In this document: positions 62,461-64,000 of the stretch, in pieces | Numbering within the stretch: the stretch's first letter is position 1 | How the letters are laid out: the number at the start of each line of letters is the position of its first letter | Assembly (NCBI RefSeq): GCF_009914755.1 | Contig: NC_060930.1 | Reading direction: 5' to 3' (one strand) | From: the human T2T-CHM13v2.0 reference genome, Homo sapiens | Length of the DNA: 64,000 bases | Notes under the pieces: model-generated | What the model saw: only the letters and a program-made list of their open reading frames with translations | Told to the model about the DNA's origin: nothing | Database searches by the model: none | Program-made: the position numbers and the translations under genes

Positions 62461-62920
62461 ATATTAGTTCTTTTAAAAATTTAGTTTGATTCCCAGATCA
62501 TGTTCTTAGGCTGCCAAAATTGCTCTGTGGCAATGTTGAAACTGATGATAAATAGAGAATGTTTAGATTGAGACTTGTGAAACTGGACTGAGGCACTTAT
62601 CTTTAGATCCAACTTTGGTGATGTATGTATTATAATTCCTGGCAAGAGAAAAGCCGTTTCTAATTGACGGAAACTTTTTTTCTGAAGTAGACTCTCACAG
62701 AAACTCCCTAGGTAGCAATGAAAAGAAAATGTTGAATTCTCTGCCTTTGTTATTGAAGAACATAACAGGCAGTGTCTTCAACAGCAACTTTACCAATCAT
62801 GCAGAAAATGTCTTCATATGGCTGAGTTTCCACAATGTCGGCTTTGAATCAGTGTTTAGGGAATCAATTTACAATATAGTTTTGAATACATTCCCATGGG
62901 AGCTGACATGATGTAGGCCA
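62461..62920 (-). pseudogene. Relic exon: near-complete RGS domain in one frame, plus the tail of a preceding one
   Basis: 62796->62461 reads LVKLLLKTLPVMFFNNKGREFNIFFSLLPREFL*ESTSEKKFPSIRNGFSLARNYNTYITKVGSKDKCLSPVSQVSI*TFSIYHQFQHCHRAILAA*EHDLGIKLNF*KN*Y. NIFFSLLPREF matches NILFWLACEEF with identical spacing. Confidence 0.7.
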
Positions 62921-63413
62921 GGGAAGTAATTTTCTCTTGACCAGATTGGATGGGGAATAGGACTGAGGTTATTGAGTCAGAGTGATTTAGATAGAATATT
63001 TTTTAGATTTTTTGTCAGTCTTAATTAGTTAATCAACACCTCAGCTCATTCTGTAAAACACAACTAGAATGAACATATGCAGCTCAAAAAACATAAATAT
63101 TTGAACAAATCTGGGCAAGGTGAAAAGTACAGCAAGGAATTAATAAGCCAGTAGTAAGACTGATGCCCAGAAATGTATAACACACCACTCTATAGAGTAG
63201 CTAGAAGTGGCTGAGAATTTGGCTTTAAGTTGCCTAGGGGCTGAAGAACAATTAAAAAATAATTTTAATAGTCAACGTCCATAAGATAGAAATCAATTAG
63301 AGATTCATGAGAAACACAGATATTTCTGATATCAAAACTTGAATTTTTCTTCCACGGGTATTCATAAACAGCCTAAAAATGTCCCTAATGATACTTTCAT
63401 AGTTGATACAGTT

Positions 63414-63894
63414 TGTGATAGTTAATCTTATGTATTAACTTGACCATATCGAGGGATACCCAGATAGTTGATTAAAAAATATTTCTGGGTGTGTCTGTGA
63501 GGTTACTGGAAGAAAATAGCATTTCAATCAGTACAGTGAGTGAAGAAGATATGCCCTCACCAAGGTGAGCAGGCATAATCCAATCCACTGAGGGCCCAGA
63601 TAGAGCAAAAAGGTGCAAGAAGGGCACATTTGCACCTTTCCTCCATCCCCCAACAGTTTCTCAGGCCTTTCACCCTGGACTAAGAGTTATACCATCTGTA
63701 ATACTGGTTCTCAGGCCTTCAGTCTCAGACTGAATTACACCAATGACTTTCCTGGTTCTCCAGATTGCAGACAGTATTCAGTGGGACTTCTTGGTCTTTG
63801 TAATCACATGAGCCAATTCCCGTAATAGATTCCCTTTTATATATCCATATATGTACTATTGGTTCTGTTTCTCTGGAAAACTGTAATGAATACA
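63414..63894 (+). mobile_element. MLT2D-like solo LTR
   Basis: tgtgatagttaat..ttggttctgtttctctggaaaac..aataca; TSD cagtt/caatt. Confidence 0.85.
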
Positions 63895-64000
63895 CAATTA
63901 TATGGTTATACATTCTAATGTTTGAACATAGCCTTCGGAGTAACCTGAATACATGATACAGCCTTATAATTCAGTGAAAGCAGTTCTGTTGCCAGTGTTG

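Overview
AT-rich primate (human-like, probably hominine) nuclear DNA with no intact protein-coding gene. Most ORFs in the track are L1 ORF2 fragments, antisense reads of L1/Alu, or noise. About half the window is interspersed repeat: L1PA2, three twin-primed inverted L1s, L1MA, Alus, a full-length Tigger1, MER/MADE1 MITEs, MaLR/ERVL LTRs, a deleted HERVL, L2 and MIR. The main observation concerns the non-repeat DNA. Translated by hand on the minus strand, about 15 separate segments from ~0.8 to ~62.9 kb read as decayed RGS (regulator of G-protein signalling) domain helices, in the correct N-to-C order, often bounded by canonical AG/GT splice sites and full of stops and frameshifts. This suggests an ancient unitary pseudogene for a large multi-RGS-repeat protein (RGS22/RGSL1/AKAP10-like), with MLT1A LTRs inserted into former exons. 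The call rests on manual motif matching against remembered RGS consensus and needs HMM/tBLASTn confirmation. Repeat subfamily names also come from remembered consensus sequences.
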